A DNA stretch of 64,000 nucleotides from an uncultured delta proteobacterium (GCA_963827685.1 CAWHBU010000003.1:352001-416000); one strand, 5' to 3'. Counted from the first letter of the stretch, positions 11,692 through 21,808 are shown. Made by a program: numbers and translations. The notes: generated by a model not told the origin, from the letters alone.

Positions 11692-13200
11692 TTATCTCCC
11701 TATTCCGCGCATGAGAGGTGGAGCGCCGGCTTGGCTCTGAGTTTTCTTGCCCGAAGTCTCTTCAACAATCACTTCTCCACCTTCTTTGAGATCTCCAGAC
11801 ATCACCTCACTGAAAGTACCGTCGGTAATTCCAAGGATGATAGAGACTGGCGTTGATTTTCCTTCTGAAGATAGGACCCACACCCTTCCTGGTTTTCCCT
11901 GCTCCGCCTGAGAAGACTCAGATAGCTCCTTCAGCTTCTGTTTCTGTTCGTCTGTGAGAATCCCTCCGATTTTCTGTCGGATGAGACCTTGGATCCGGCC
12001 CCTCGCCTCCTCTGGCTTCATCTTTTGGCTAACCTCCTGAAATTCCTGCCTCGATGACCTCAGAACCATTTCAAGTTTCGACTGCTGATCCGGTGTCAGG
12101 TTTAATTCTTTTGTCAATCGCTCGATCAAGAGACGGCCCATCGATGCAGAGCTTTCGCTCCTTTTTTGAGGAATTCCCCCCTGCTTTGCAGATTCCGGTT
12201 GAAACCTGAGAGCAGCGTTGGGTATTTTCAAAACCCCTTCTCTATGGGCAATCATAACGGAGAGGTTGGCGGTCATACCCGGCATCAGCTTTAAGTCTTT
12301 ATTGTCCACCTGGATCACAACATCATAAGTTACCACATTCTGTACGATAATGGGAGCAATGCGAACCTCAGAAACTTTTCCACGAAAAATTCTTCCAGGA
12401 TAAGCATCAACGGTAAAGGTCGCATCCTGCCCCACTGTAATACGTCCAACGTCTGCTTCACTCACATTCGTATCAACCTGCATCTTGGTCAGGTCTTTGG
12501 CGATGGTAAAAATAGTTGGGGCCTGGAGGCTGGCTGCCACGGTTTGGCCAACATCGACATTCCTCGAAACGACAGTCCCATTGACCGGAGAACGAATAGT
12601 GGCATATCTCAGGTTGGTCTCCGCCAGTTCCAAAGCGGCCTTCGCCTGCCCCACCTGAGCCTTTGAAGATTCCACTTGGGCTTTGGCCACCTCTTTCTGA
12701 GCTACAGCGGTATCATAATTTACCTGGGCCGTATCGAGGGTAGCTTGAGCAATGACCTGCCTTTCCAAAAGCGGCTTGTTTCGATCGAGATTTCTCTTTG
12801 CATCCAGGACAGCCACTTCAGCCTTCACAAGATTGGCCTGAGCATTCTCAAGATTGGCCTGGGCGGTCAGCACATTGGCCTTTGCCTGATCGACCTGAGC
12901 CTGAAAAATCGCAGGGTCTATCTGGGCGATCACCTGTCCCTCTCTTACCCGGGAATTAAAATCAGCATAAAGAGCTTTGATCGTCCCTGAAACCTGGCTC
13001 CCCACTAAAACATTGATGACCGGATTGATCGTCCCGGTAGCTGTCACGATCAAGTCGACCTCTCCCCTCTCGACCTTTACCAAACGAAATTTTTGGTTCG
13101 ATCCATTCTGGCCGGTCAACTGATAGATTGAAAATCCTCCTACAAAAATGATAAGGACGATCCCAATCGCTATCAAATATTTCTTCGTTCGGTTTCCCAT
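11692..13200 (-). CDS. MacA-like efflux periplasmic adaptor (membrane fusion protein)
   Basis: N-terminal TM anchor, 'VGSQVSG', coiled-coil hairpin, 'IRSPVNGTVVSRNVDVGQTVAAS'. Confidence 0.9.
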   Translation of the reverse strand: MGNRTKKYLIAIGIVLIIFVGGFSIYQLTGQNGSNQKFRLVKVERGEVDLIVTATGTINPVINVLVGSQVSGTIKALYADFNSRVREGQVIAQIDPAIFQAQVDQAKANVLTAQANLENAQANLVKAEVAVLDAKRNLDRNKPLLERQVIAQATLDTAQVNYDTAVAQKEVAKAQVESSKAQVGQAKAALELAETNLRYATIRSPVNGTVVSRNVDVGQTVAASLQAPTIFTIAKDLTKMQVDTNVSEADVGRITVGQDATFTVDAYPGRIFRGKVSEVRIAPIIVQNVVTYDVVIQVDNKDLKLMPGMTANLSVMIAHREGVLKIPNAALRFQPESAKQGGIPQKRSESSASMGRLLIERLTKELNLTPDQQSKLEMVLRSSRQEFQEVSQKMKPEEARGRIQGLIRQKIGGILTDEQKQKLKELSESSQAEQGKPGRVWVLSSEGKSTPVSIILGITDGTFSEVMSGDLKEGGEVIVEETSGKKTQSQAGAPPLMRGIGR

Positions 13201-13201
13201 C

Positions 13202-14521
13202 TCACTTTTCCTTCCCTTTCTTCCTGAACAAGAGACGAACCGGAACCCCTTCGAAGCTGAAGGTTTTCCTCATCTGATTAAGCAAATGACGTTCATAAGA
13301 AAAATGAATTCCATCTGGAAAATTGGTATAAATCACAAAAGTCGGTGGAGCCGTGGAGACTTGAGTGATATAGTTCATTTTCACACTTCGACCTTTATAA
13401 AGCGGAGGAGGAAATTTTTCAACCCAATTACCAAAGTATTTGTTTAATTGAGAGGTAGGGATTCGCTTTTTAGTCTGCTCTGACACATGGTCTACCACAT
13501 CCAGCACCTTCCTAACCCTCTGGCCTGTCAAGGCGGAAATAAAAAGGATGGGAGCGTAAGAGAGATACTTGAGGTCTTCTCGCACTTTTTCCTCATACTG
13601 AACCATGGTTTGAGAATCCTTTTCAACAAGGTCCCATTTATTCACGACAAGAATGCATCCCCTTCCCTTTTCATGGATGAACCCACCGATACGGGCATCC
13701 TGATCGGTCACTCCTTCCTCGGAATCTAACAACAAAAGAGCGACATCCGATCGATCAATGGTTCGAAGGGCTTCCACAATACTATACTTTTCAAGCCGCA
13801 GGCTGATCCGGCTCTTCCTCCGGATACCCGCTGTATCAATCAAGACGTATCTCCTCCCGTCTCTCTCAAAAAAGGTATCAATCGCATCGCGGGTTGTCCC
13901 AGGGGCCTCATCCACAAGCACCCTCTTATATCCTAATAAGCGGTTAATCAATGAGGATTTCCCGACATTTGGCCGTCCTACCACAGCCACCTTGGTTACA
14001 TCTTGATCCCATTTTTTCTCGATCACACTCGGAAGGGCCTTTATCACATCATCCATCAATCCCTTCACGCCATATCCATGTTCTGCCGAAATTGAATAAA
14101 TCGTTTCCACACCCAACCCATAGAATTCAAGGACCTTCTCCTCATGCTTTGGCCCGTCAATCTTATTGACGATATAGAACACAGTTTTATTCAATCTTCT
14201 AAGAATATTGGCAATTTCTTTATCCGAAGGAGCAAGACCTTCCTTCCCGTCCATCATGAAAAGAATCACGTCGGCCTCATCCATGGCCAACTGGCATTGC
14301 TCACGCATCTGGATAAAGAGACGATCTTTTGAAACAGGCTCGAACCCGCCGGTATCGATCAACGTGAAAGCACTTTCCTCCCACTCCACATCGGCATAAT
14401 TCCGATCCCGTGTCACGCCGGGCTCTTCCCAGACAATGGCTTTCTTCCCCCCAGCGACCCGGTTAAAGAGGGTAGATTTCCCAACATTTGGTCTTCCGAC
14501 AATAGCGATGATAGGCTTCAT
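13202..14521 (-). CDS. der: Ribosome biogenesis GTPase Der (EngA)
   Basis: Two GRPNVGKS/DTxG/NKxD GTPase domains plus KH-like C-terminus; start re-called at MKPIIAIVG. Confidence 0.97.
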   Translation of the reverse strand: MKPIIAIVGRPNVGKSTLFNRVAGGKKAIVWEEPGVTRDRNYADVEWEESAFTLIDTGGFEPVSKDRLFIQMREQCQLAMDEADVILFMMDGKEGLAPSDKEIANILRRLNKTVFYIVNKIDGPKHEEKVLEFYGLGVETIYSISAEHGYGVKGLMDDVIKALPSVIEKKWDQDVTKVAVVGRPNVGKSSLINRLLGYKRVLVDEAPGTTRDAIDTFFERDGRRYVLIDTAGIRRKSRISLRLEKYSIVEALRTIDRSDVALLLLDSEEGVTDQDARIGGFIHEKGRGCILVVNKWDLVEKDSQTMVQYEEKVREDLKYLSYAPILFISALTGQRVRKVLDVVDHVSEQTKKRIPTSQLNKYFGNWVEKFPPPLYKGRSVKMNYITQVSTAPPTFVIYTNFPDGIHFSYERHLLNQMRKTFSFEGVPVRLLFRKKGKEK

Positions 14522-14632
14522 AGCAAATTGTTTATAAAGCATTATTATAAAATCTGCATAAAGTCTATACAATTTTCTTTATTCTTAAAGGCCTTCTCAT
14601 TTGAATACGAATGTGGTAAATTAATTTCAGAA

Positions 14633-14675
14633 CCCCCACCCTTATCCCCCCCTGAGGGGGAGGGATGGGTGGGGG
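14633..14675. repeat. C-rich/G-rich palindromic repeat unit
   Basis: CCCCCACCCTTATCCCCCCC-TGA-GGGGGAGGGATGGGTGGGGG; relatives at 1-30, 21669-21760 and 54871-54921. Confidence 0.7.
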
Positions 14676-14726
14676 ATATAGAGATTTACTGCGTTTGTAT
14701 TAAAACAAACTTTGGCGGGTAACAAA

Positions 14727-15209
14727 ATGGTCAAATTGATCAAAAAACCTATTATTTACTTATCCTTTTCATTATTCTTACTATTTCACGCTACGGGAGT
14801 AGCTCTATCCCAACCCAACGCTATGGAAGAAAAAGGTCCAGAGATCAGGTTGGGAGAGATAACCTTTTCACTCAGGGAATTTCAATCCACCCCATCCCGA
14901 CTTAGAATGCTGGAGATGCATATTGAGGTTCTCAACCGCAGTCGCACGTTTACTGCGCCACCTAATTCCATTACGGTGGTAGTCACCCAAAAAGAAGCGA
15001 AATTCCCGGAGGGAACCCCTGTAACCGAATTTGCTTCAAGCCCGCAGGAGGTAACCCTTGACCTTCCTCTCCCCCCTTCCACAGGTCGTGTATTGATTTT
15101 TGGTTTCTCCCTTCCGGAGACAAAACTTCAATCAATCACCTTTGAGATTCAAGTGAATCCCCCGGATGGAGAAAAGAAGATAGTAAAGTGGGAAAGTAGT
15201 GGAAATTAA
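14727..15209 (+). CDS. Hypothetical exported protein (beta-rich)
   Basis: Basic N-terminus, hydrophobic stretch and 'VALS' signal-peptide-like cleavage region; no family recognised. Confidence 0.65.
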   Translation: MVKLIKKPIIYLSFSLFLLFHATGVALSQPNAMEEKGPEIRLGEITFSLREFQSTPSRLRMLEMHIEVLNRSRTFTAPPNSITVVVTQKEAKFPEGTPVTEFASSPQEVTLDLPLPPSTGRVLIFGFSLPETKLQSITFEIQVNPPDGEKKIVKWESSGN

Positions 15210-15586
15210 ATGAGAGCGATCGTCTCTATCTCAATATCGGCATCCCTGGGGAGTTTTGCTACCCCGACTGTTGACCTTGCAGGGGGAGAAGATGGGAAAT
15301 AGGTGGCATATACCTCATTCACCTGATTGAAATTGCCGATATCTTTTAAAAAAATAGTCATCTTGACCACGTTTTCCATCCCTAACTTTTGGGATTCCAA
15401 TACCCCTCTTATATTTTCTAAAACCTGCTGAGTCTGTTGTCGGATGTCTCCTTTTACCAACTCCCCTGTTTTTGGATCGAGGGGTATTTGTCCGGACAGA
15501 AAGAGAAAATTCCCCGCTTGAATAGCCTGGGAATAGGGACCAATTGCCTTGGGCGCCTTTTCTGTTTGGATCATCTTCTTCTTCAT
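15206..15586 (-). CDS. ridA: RidA/YjgF enamine-imine deaminase
   Basis: '[11 protein letters not shown]', 'SGQIPLDP', 'PPARSTVGV', 'IEIETIA'. Confidence 0.93.
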   Translation of the reverse strand: MKKKMIQTEKAPKAIGPYSQAIQAGNFLFLSGQIPLDPKTGELVKGDIRQQTQQVLENIRGVLESQKLGMENVVKMTIFLKDIGNFNQVNEVYATYFPSSPPARSTVGVAKLPRDADIEIETIALI

Positions 15587-15590
15587 GTCT

Positions 15591-16256
15591 TTATTCCTCC
15601 AACAATTCACAAACCTCTGAGGCCTCTCTCAAAATATAATCCGCTCCAGCCTTCTCAAACTCTTCCTTCTTTGTCCTTCCGGTCAATACCCCAATCGTCT
15701 TCATGCCCACCCTTTTACCTGCCTGAACGTCAATGATATGATCTCCAACCACCACTGAATCTCTCACGGAGGTTTTTAACGATTCCATTACCTGAGTCAG
15801 ATGCTCCGGATGGGGTTTAACATTCTTTACCGAATTTCTCGAAACGAAAACATCACAAAAATCGTCGATGTCAGGAAAGATCTTTCGAACCGCATCCTCA
15901 CAGTTCCGTGTAATGATCCCAACCTTAACTCCTTTCTCCCTTAAACTTCTCAAGGTTACCTTCGCCCCCGGAATGAGCTTGCCCTCCTGTGCCGCTTTCA
16001 TTTCTAACGCATGAAGAATATGATGGGACTCCTGATAAAACGTTTCTGCTTCGGAAGAATTCTTCTCATATAAGATCTCATAGATCTCATCTATGATTTC
16101 AAGCAGATACTTCTCTTGAATCGTCTCTTCTCCAATACCATAACGCCTCACCAAATCGAATACCCGTTCTCTCATGAGAGAAAAATCGATATTAAGAAAA
16201 GCCAGGGTCCCATCGAAATCGAAGACGATGGCTTTGATGGAATGAAGTGTAGGCAT
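15591..16256 (-). CDS. HAD-IA hydrolase (phosphoglycolate phosphatase-like)
   Basis: FDFDGTL, 'ITRN', 'KPHP', 'VGDHIID' motifs. Confidence 0.88.
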   Translation of the reverse strand: MPTLHSIKAIVFDFDGTLAFLNIDFSLMRERVFDLVRRYGIGEETIQEKYLLEIIDEIYEILYEKNSSEAETFYQESHHILHALEMKAAQEGKLIPGAKVTLRSLREKGVKVGIITRNCEDAVRKIFPDIDDFCDVFVSRNSVKNVKPHPEHLTQVMESLKTSVRDSVVVGDHIIDVQAGKRVGMKTIGVLTGRTKKEEFEKAGADYILREASEVCELLEE

Positions 16257-16316
16257 AGGATTAAAAATAAAGTAACATTTTAGCTCTTTGGAAAAAGCGT
16301 TCCCCTCACTGTCCCT

Positions 16317-16492
16317 AAGTACCAAATTCTAATCAACAAATCCTAAATTTCAAATAGTATCCAATATTCGGACTCCAATCACCACGGGAGCTTAAGTTTT
16401 TTTTGAATTTCGGTCATTGGAATTTTGGACATTATTTGGTTATGGGTGCTTGCCCTACACCATATTAGGTAGAGGGCTTGGGATTGGTGCTT
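16317..16492. repeat. Periodic inverted-repeat element (CCAAAT/ATTTGG-type arms)
   Basis: Termini AAGTACCAA...TTGGTGCTT; caaat/ccaat units mirrored by attgg/atttgg units. Confidence 0.65.
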
Positions 16493-16581
16493 CATAACTC
16501 ATCAGAATTTTTCAAAAAGCTAAATAGATACAAAATAAATACACTACCGAAAATATATCTGTCAACGACAATAATCAAATT

Positions 16582-18122
16582 TGTGTTAGCAAAGTAGAAA
16601 TGTCCCCATTAACTGCTTAAGTTAAAATGTCCCCATGGAACAGGAGAAGATACTCATGGGGCAGAGGGAGTTAAAGAGGTGGCATCTGATGGAGATCGTA
16701 AAGGTAGGGAAGATCACCTTGAGGGAGGCTGGAGAGAGGATAGGTGTGTCCTACCGTCAGGCGAAGCGGATTGGGCAAGCGATCCGGGAGAGAGGGATCA
16801 AAGCCTTGGTGCATGGTAACAGGGGACGACCTTCGAACCACCGGCTCAAGGAGTCCTTACGAGAAAGGGTATTAAAGCTGTCGGAAGAGGTTTACTGGGA
16901 CTTTAACGATACCCATTTTACGGAGAAACTTCGGGAGTGCGAAGGGATCGATTTGAATCGAGAGACGGTGAGGAAGTTACGGCGGGAGGCGGGGATGGCA
17001 CCCAAGCGCAGGCGTCGGGGACCTAAGCATCGAAAGCGACGGGAGCGAATGGCTCAAGAAGGATGGATGGTCCTCTGGGATGGGAGTCCCCACCCCTGGT
17101 TTGGCCGAGACCTTCCACCTTGCTGTCTGATGGCTGCCATCGATGATGCGACCGGGAAACTGCTGGCCGCCCGTTTCTTTCCCTTTGAAGGTTCCGCAGG
17201 CTATTTCTGGCTTCTTAAAGAGATGATTAAAAAATATGGAATCCCAATGATGATCTATCAGGATCGCCACGGGTCGTTGCATCGGAATGACCCTCACTGG
17301 AGCTTGGAAGAGCAACTCGCTGGCCGACAGGAACCGACTCAAGTCGGATTAGCTCTCGAAGCCTTGGGGATTGAGCCGATCTCGGCTCTTTCTCCTCAGG
17401 CCAAAGGAAGGATAGAAAAACTCTTTGCCACCCTGCAGGATCGTCTGGGAGCAGAACTCCGTTTAAAAGAAATTGTAACGATGGAAGAGGCCAATCGCTT
17501 TTTACAATCAACCTTTTTAAAAGACTTTAACCGTCGCTTTGCCGTCAGACCCAGAGAATCCCAAAAAGCCTGGAGAGAAGTCCCAAACCATCTGGACCTG
17601 GATCGAATCATCAGCTTTCGCTATACGGCTACGGTCGGCAACGATAATACGGCTCGGCTGGGAGGATTGGTTCTCGATATTCCCCCTGGCCCTCAAAGAA
17701 GATCCTATGCGAAGCTCAAGGTGGAAGCTCGGCAGCTTCTCAACGGATCTTGGAGAATCTACGCTCAAGATCAGTTGATTGCGAAACATCCTCCTACTTC
17801 CCTCCGGGAACCGGTGAGAGCTCTTCCCCGAAAGAAACACCATGCAAAAGGAGTTAAAGATTACCACTGGGTCTATCTCGCTTCAGCACCCTCCAGGGAA
17901 GGTGACCCTTACCCCCTGCTCATCGAACATCGTTGATTGTAGCGCAACCTGGCGATTCACATTTCGCTTGTTGCCCATTAATAGGGATCTCTTATGAGAG
18001 CTCACTTAAAAAAAAGAAACTCAAATTGAAGTTCATCCACTCACTCAAGGGTCAAGATCAAAACCCTTGGAGGGGACATTTTCACGTTGCAGTTAAGGGG
18101 ACATATTGACTTCGCTTAAACA
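16582..18122 (+). mobile_element. IS1202-family (ISNCY) insertion sequence, 1541 bp, with 16-bp target site duplication
   Basis: Terminal IRs TGTGTTAGCAAAGTAGAAATGTCCCC / TGTTTAAGCGAAGTCAATATGTCCCC, each with a second internal AAATGTCCCC copy; CGACAATAATCAAATT duplicated at 16566-16581 and 18123-18138. Confidence 0.92.
16635..17936 (+). CDS. IS1202/ISNCY DDE transposase
   Basis: HTH, 'HGNRGRP', 'WDGSPHPW', 'AIDDATG', 'YQDRHG', 'SPQAKGRIEKLFATLQDRL'. Confidence 0.93.
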   Translation: MEQEKILMGQRELKRWHLMEIVKVGKITLREAGERIGVSYRQAKRIGQAIRERGIKALVHGNRGRPSNHRLKESLRERVLKLSEEVYWDFNDTHFTEKLRECEGIDLNRETVRKLRREAGMAPKRRRRGPKHRKRRERMAQEGWMVLWDGSPHPWFGRDLPPCCLMAAIDDATGKLLAARFFPFEGSAGYFWLLKEMIKKYGIPMMIYQDRHGSLHRNDPHWSLEEQLAGRQEPTQVGLALEALGIEPISALSPQAKGRIEKLFATLQDRLGAELRLKEIVTMEEANRFLQSTFLKDFNRRFAVRPRESQKAWREVPNHLDLDRIISFRYTATVGNDNTARLGGLVLDIPPGPQRRSYAKLKVEARQLLNGSWRIYAQDQLIAKHPPTSLREPVRALPRKKHHAKGVKDYHWVYLASAPSREGDPYPLLIEHR

Positions 18123-18191
18123 CGACAATAATCAAATTATCTTGATACATAGCAGAAGATTTGATATGAACCTATAAGGAGGAGAAAGAAA

Positions 18192-19913
18192 ATGATAACA
18201 TCGCTAAAAGATAGAATCCGGATCGCTTCGGGTCATGGAACAGCTGACCTTCTAATCAAAAACGGAAGGGTCGTGGATGTCTTCTCAGGTCAGATTGAAA
18301 AAAAAGATGTGGCCATTTTCGGAGGCGTGATCATAGGTTTCGGAGATTATCAAGCCAAAGAGATCGTCGATGTGAAGGGCGATTTCCTCTGTCCTGGTTT
18401 GATCGATGGTCATGTCCACATTGAATCGAGCATGGTAACTATCCCTGAATTCGCTCGAGCTGTTCTTCCTAACGGAACCACCTCTGTTGTCGCCGATCCG
18501 CACGAAATTGCCAATGTCCTTGGTCGAAAGGGCATTCGCTTTATGGCTGAATCGGCGAGAGATGTTCCTCTAAATGTTTTCATTATGCTCCCTTCCTGCG
18601 TTCCAGCCACTCATATGGAAACCTCTGGAGCTATCCTTAAGGCAACCGATTTGAAACCTCTGTTTAAAGAACCCTGGGCCATTGGATTGGCAGAGATGAT
18701 GAATTTCCCAGGCGTCATCTTCAGGGATCCAGAAGTTCTCAAAAAAATTGAAATGGCAAAGGGAAAGCGAATGGATGGCCACGCCCCCATGCTTTCGGGA
18801 AAGGGGCTTTATGCTTATCTCACTGCAGGAATCAGATCTGACCATGAATGTACCACTCTTAAAGAGGCCAAGGAGAAATTGAACAATGGCATGTGGATTA
18901 TGATCAGAGAAGGGACGACCGCAAGAAATCTCAGAAGTCTCCTTCCTCTTATCAATCTCAAGAATTCAAGGCGATTTCTTCTTGTCACCGACAACCGTCA
19001 CCCCAAAGAACTCCTTAAAGAGGGCCATATCGATTCCATGGTCAGGCAGGCAATCCGATGGGGAACAGACCCCATCTTAGCTATACAAATGGCAACGCTC
19101 AATACTGCGGAATATTTCAGGCTTGATGACCTCGGAGCCATTGCTCCAGGTTATCGAGCCGACATCGTCAGTTTCGATCATCTCGGGCGGTTTCGAATTC
19201 ATAAGGTCTTTAAAGATGGGATATTAGTTGCTGAGAATGGTAAAATGCTCTTCCCTCCCATCCGAAAAGTGAAGGGTCCTAAAATGAGGGGATCTGTCCG
19301 AATCAAGCCTCTTGAGAAAGATGTCTTTTTACTTCGAAGTGACCAGCCTTTCGCTAAAATCATCCAACTGATACCAGACCAAATTGTCACGAAAAAAGTA
19401 ATGAAGAAGATCCTCTTGAAAGAGGGGGTGGCCCATCCCAATATCAAAGAGGATATCCTTAAGATTGCAGTGGTTGAACGGCATAAAGCCACAGGGAATA
19501 TCGGGATTGGTTTTGTCCAGGGGTTTGGCTTAAAGAAGGGAGCCATCGGTTCGTCCGTAGCTCACGATTCACATAACCTCGTCATTGTGGGAGCCAATGA
19601 TCAGGATATGTTGAAAACAGTGGAAATCATTCAAGCCATGGGAGGCGGATTGACAGTAGTTTTGAACGGAAAAGTAATAGCTTCCCTCCCCTTGCCCATC
19701 GCGGGTCTGATGTCAGAAGCCCCGGTGCCCAAAGTCCACCTTCAGTTAGAAGCCCTTCATCGCGCTGCCAAAAATCTTGGGTGTCAAATTCCAGACCCAT
19801 TTATGACGCTTTCTTTTCTATCACTGCCAGTGATTCCAGAATTAAAAATCACCGATAAAGGTCTGGTTGATGTAAACCAGTTCAAACTTGTTCCGCTGTT
19901 TGGAGAAGACTAA
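18192..19913 (+). CDS. ade: Adenine deaminase
   Basis: DGHVHIESS, DPHEIANV, EMMNFPGV, DGHAP, SDHE, AHDSHN motifs. Confidence 0.93.
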   Translation: MITSLKDRIRIASGHGTADLLIKNGRVVDVFSGQIEKKDVAIFGGVIIGFGDYQAKEIVDVKGDFLCPGLIDGHVHIESSMVTIPEFARAVLPNGTTSVVADPHEIANVLGRKGIRFMAESARDVPLNVFIMLPSCVPATHMETSGAILKATDLKPLFKEPWAIGLAEMMNFPGVIFRDPEVLKKIEMAKGKRMDGHAPMLSGKGLYAYLTAGIRSDHECTTLKEAKEKLNNGMWIMIREGTTARNLRSLLPLINLKNSRRFLLVTDNRHPKELLKEGHIDSMVRQAIRWGTDPILAIQMATLNTAEYFRLDDLGAIAPGYRADIVSFDHLGRFRIHKVFKDGILVAENGKMLFPPIRKVKGPKMRGSVRIKPLEKDVFLLRSDQPFAKIIQLIPDQIVTKKVMKKILLKEGVAHPNIKEDILKIAVVERHKATGNIGIGFVQGFGLKKGAIGSSVAHDSHNLVIVGANDQDMLKTVEIIQAMGGGLTVVLNGKVIASLPLPIAGLMSEAPVPKVHLQLEALHRAAKNLGCQIPDPFMTLSFLSLPVIPELKITDKGLVDVNQFKLVPLFGED

Positions 19914-19920
19914 TGCAAAT

Positions 19921-20020
19921 CAGAAGGCAGAAAGCAGCAAGCAGTATGCAGAAACAACAGAATGATTTTATTGGTTTTTCACCTGCCGACTGCCTACTGC
20001 CTTCTGCTTACTGTCTTCTA
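19921..20020. repeat. Mirror-symmetric 7-nt periodic element (CAGNANN)x5 ... (CTGYYNW)x5
   Basis: cagaagg cagaaag cagcaag cagtatg cagaaac ... ctgccga ctgccta ctgcctt ctgctta ctgtctt. Confidence 0.85.
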
Positions 20021-20025
20021 AAAGG

Positions 20026-21351
20026 ATGTTTAATATGAATTGGGACAACCTATTAGAGGAAGCGACCCATCATCTTCAGGAATATATCCGTATTCAAACA
20101 GTCAATCCGCCCGGGAATGAAATAGAAGGAGCGAGGTTTTTTAAAAGAATTTTCGATGCGGAGACTATTCCATGTCAGATTTTCGAGCCGTTACCAGGCA
20201 GAGGAAGTATCCTCGCCACATTAAAAGGGAATGGAAAGAAGAAACCCATCCTTCTTCTCAATCATATGGATGTGGTTCCTGTTGAAAAAGAACGTTGGAC
20301 GGTAGATCCTTTTGATGGAACCATTCAAGATGGATATCTCTATGGTCGCGGAGCTCTTGATGATAAATCCATGGGGATCGTAGAGATGATGGCCCTGTTA
20401 ATCCTGAAACGTGAAAGGGTTTCTCTGAAAAGAAATATCCTCTTTTTGGCTACGGCTGATGAGGAAACCGGAGGACAATGGGGAATCCAGTGGGCCATGG
20501 AAAATATCCCCTCCTTGAAAGAAACAGAATATGCCCTCAACGAAGGAGGATATATCATTCTTAACAAGACCGGTGCTCCGGATCGATATGAAATTTCCAA
20601 TGGCCAGAAGATCGTCCTCCAGCTCCAATTAAAGGCCAAAGGGACTTCAGGTCATGCTTCCATGCCTCATTCTGACAACCCCAACGTGAAACTGATCCAC
20701 GCTTTGGAGGCAGTGACAAAATGGGAAACCCCCTATACTATCCTTCCCATGGTTAAAGAATTTTTTTCTAAGATGACTCCGAAACAGCCTCCTGACGAAA
20801 GAAAATATTTTGAGGATATTGAGAAAGGCCTCAGAGACCCTTCTTTTTCAGCCAGGTTGACAAAAAATCTGGTCTATAATGCCATGATAAGGAATACCAT
20901 CTCTCTCACCATCCTGCAGGCCGGGAATAAGGTCAATGTCATCCCTTCAGAATCAATGGCCACTCTTGACTGCCGCCTCATCCCTGGATCTTCCAAGGAA
21001 GATTTCTTAAATGAGATCAAGAAAAGAATAGGAGGTGAAATTGAAGTGGAGGGAAAGATGGAAGGAAAACCCATCCCACCCTCACCCTTTAATACGGATC
21101 TTTTCCAGGCCATCCAAAAGTTCGCTTCTGAGAATGATCCGGATTGTCCGGTGGTTCCCTACCTTCTTCCCGGGGCGACAGACAGCCGTTCCCTGAGGGA
21201 AAGAGGAATTACGTCTTACGACTTCTGCCCTTTTCGTTTGTCAGAGGAAGAAATATTAAGAACACACGGAAATGACGAACGAATCGCTTTAGAAAATCTG
21301 AGATTTGGAATGAGGATGCTGGTTGACATTGTTAAGGAGGTGGCTGCTTAA
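20026..21351 (+). CDS. M20/M25/M40 family metallo-hydrolase
   Basis: NHMDVVP, GRGALDDK, DEETGG, THGNDE metal-ligand motifs. Confidence 0.9.
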   Translation: MFNMNWDNLLEEATHHLQEYIRIQTVNPPGNEIEGARFFKRIFDAETIPCQIFEPLPGRGSILATLKGNGKKKPILLLNHMDVVPVEKERWTVDPFDGTIQDGYLYGRGALDDKSMGIVEMMALLILKRERVSLKRNILFLATADEETGGQWGIQWAMENIPSLKETEYALNEGGYIILNKTGAPDRYEISNGQKIVLQLQLKAKGTSGHASMPHSDNPNVKLIHALEAVTKWETPYTILPMVKEFFSKMTPKQPPDERKYFEDIEKGLRDPSFSARLTKNLVYNAMIRNTISLTILQAGNKVNVIPSESMATLDCRLIPGSSKEDFLNEIKKRIGGEIEVEGKMEGKPIPPSPFNTDLFQAIQKFASENDPDCPVVPYLLPGATDSRSLRERGITSYDFCPFRLSEEEILRTHGNDERIALENLRFGMRMLVDIVKEVAA

Positions 21352-21370
21352 TCCTCGTCCAACCGCAGCA

Positions 21371-21592
21371 TCATTTCCGAAACAATGCAAACAGCAATGT
21401 CAGGATGATGCTGATAAGGATGGAGGTGACAATGGGAAAATAGAAAGTGAAGTTCTTTTTTCTGATGATGATATCTCCGGGAAGTCTACCTATCCAAGGA
21501 ATTTTCTCACCAATCAATAGAAGTAAGCCGATAAGAATAATAAAGACACCCAGAAGAATGAGCATCTTGCCTAAAGCACCGAACCCAACCAT
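21371..21592 (-). CDS. DUF2905 small membrane protein
   Basis: 'GRLPGDI...FYFPIVTSILISIILT' signature. Confidence 0.85.
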   Translation of the reverse strand: MVGFGALGKMLILLGVFIILIGLLLLIGEKIPWIGRLPGDIIIRKKNFTFYFPIVTSILISIILTLLFALFRK

Positions 21593-21668
21593 TTAAAACA
21601 CCTCCAATCCAAGCCCTGATCCTGGCAATAAGTTTTCGATTTTGCACACTGGGATTACGTAGAGAATA

Positions 21669-21760
21669 CTTCCCCTCCCCTGGCGGGAGGGGATATAGGG
21701 GGGGAATAAATCTTCTTGTTCACCCCCACCCTCACCCTCCCCCGTCAAGGGGGAGGGAAG
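21669..21760. repeat. Inverted doublet of C/G-rich palindromic units
   Basis: TCCCCTCCCC-TGGC-GGGAGGGGA ... CACCCCCACCCTCACCCTCCCCC-GTCAA-GGGGGAGGG. Confidence 0.7.
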
Positions 21761-21808
21761 TGCGTTGCATTTGCACCATTGGTGGGTGACGAGACCCATA
21801 TGTAAAAT

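Noticed and set aside
16560-16590. IS1202 target as a dif/XerCD site
   Set aside because: The reconstructed site has ATAA-N5-TTAT rather than a 6-bp spacer and a poor XerD arm; as I recall, Xer-site targeting belongs to the short-duplication subgroup.
19921-20020. Periodic arrays as CRISPR arrays
   Set aside because: Units are 7-10 nt with no 23-47 bp identical repeats, no unique spacers and no cas genes; no CRISPR array was seen anywhere in the window.
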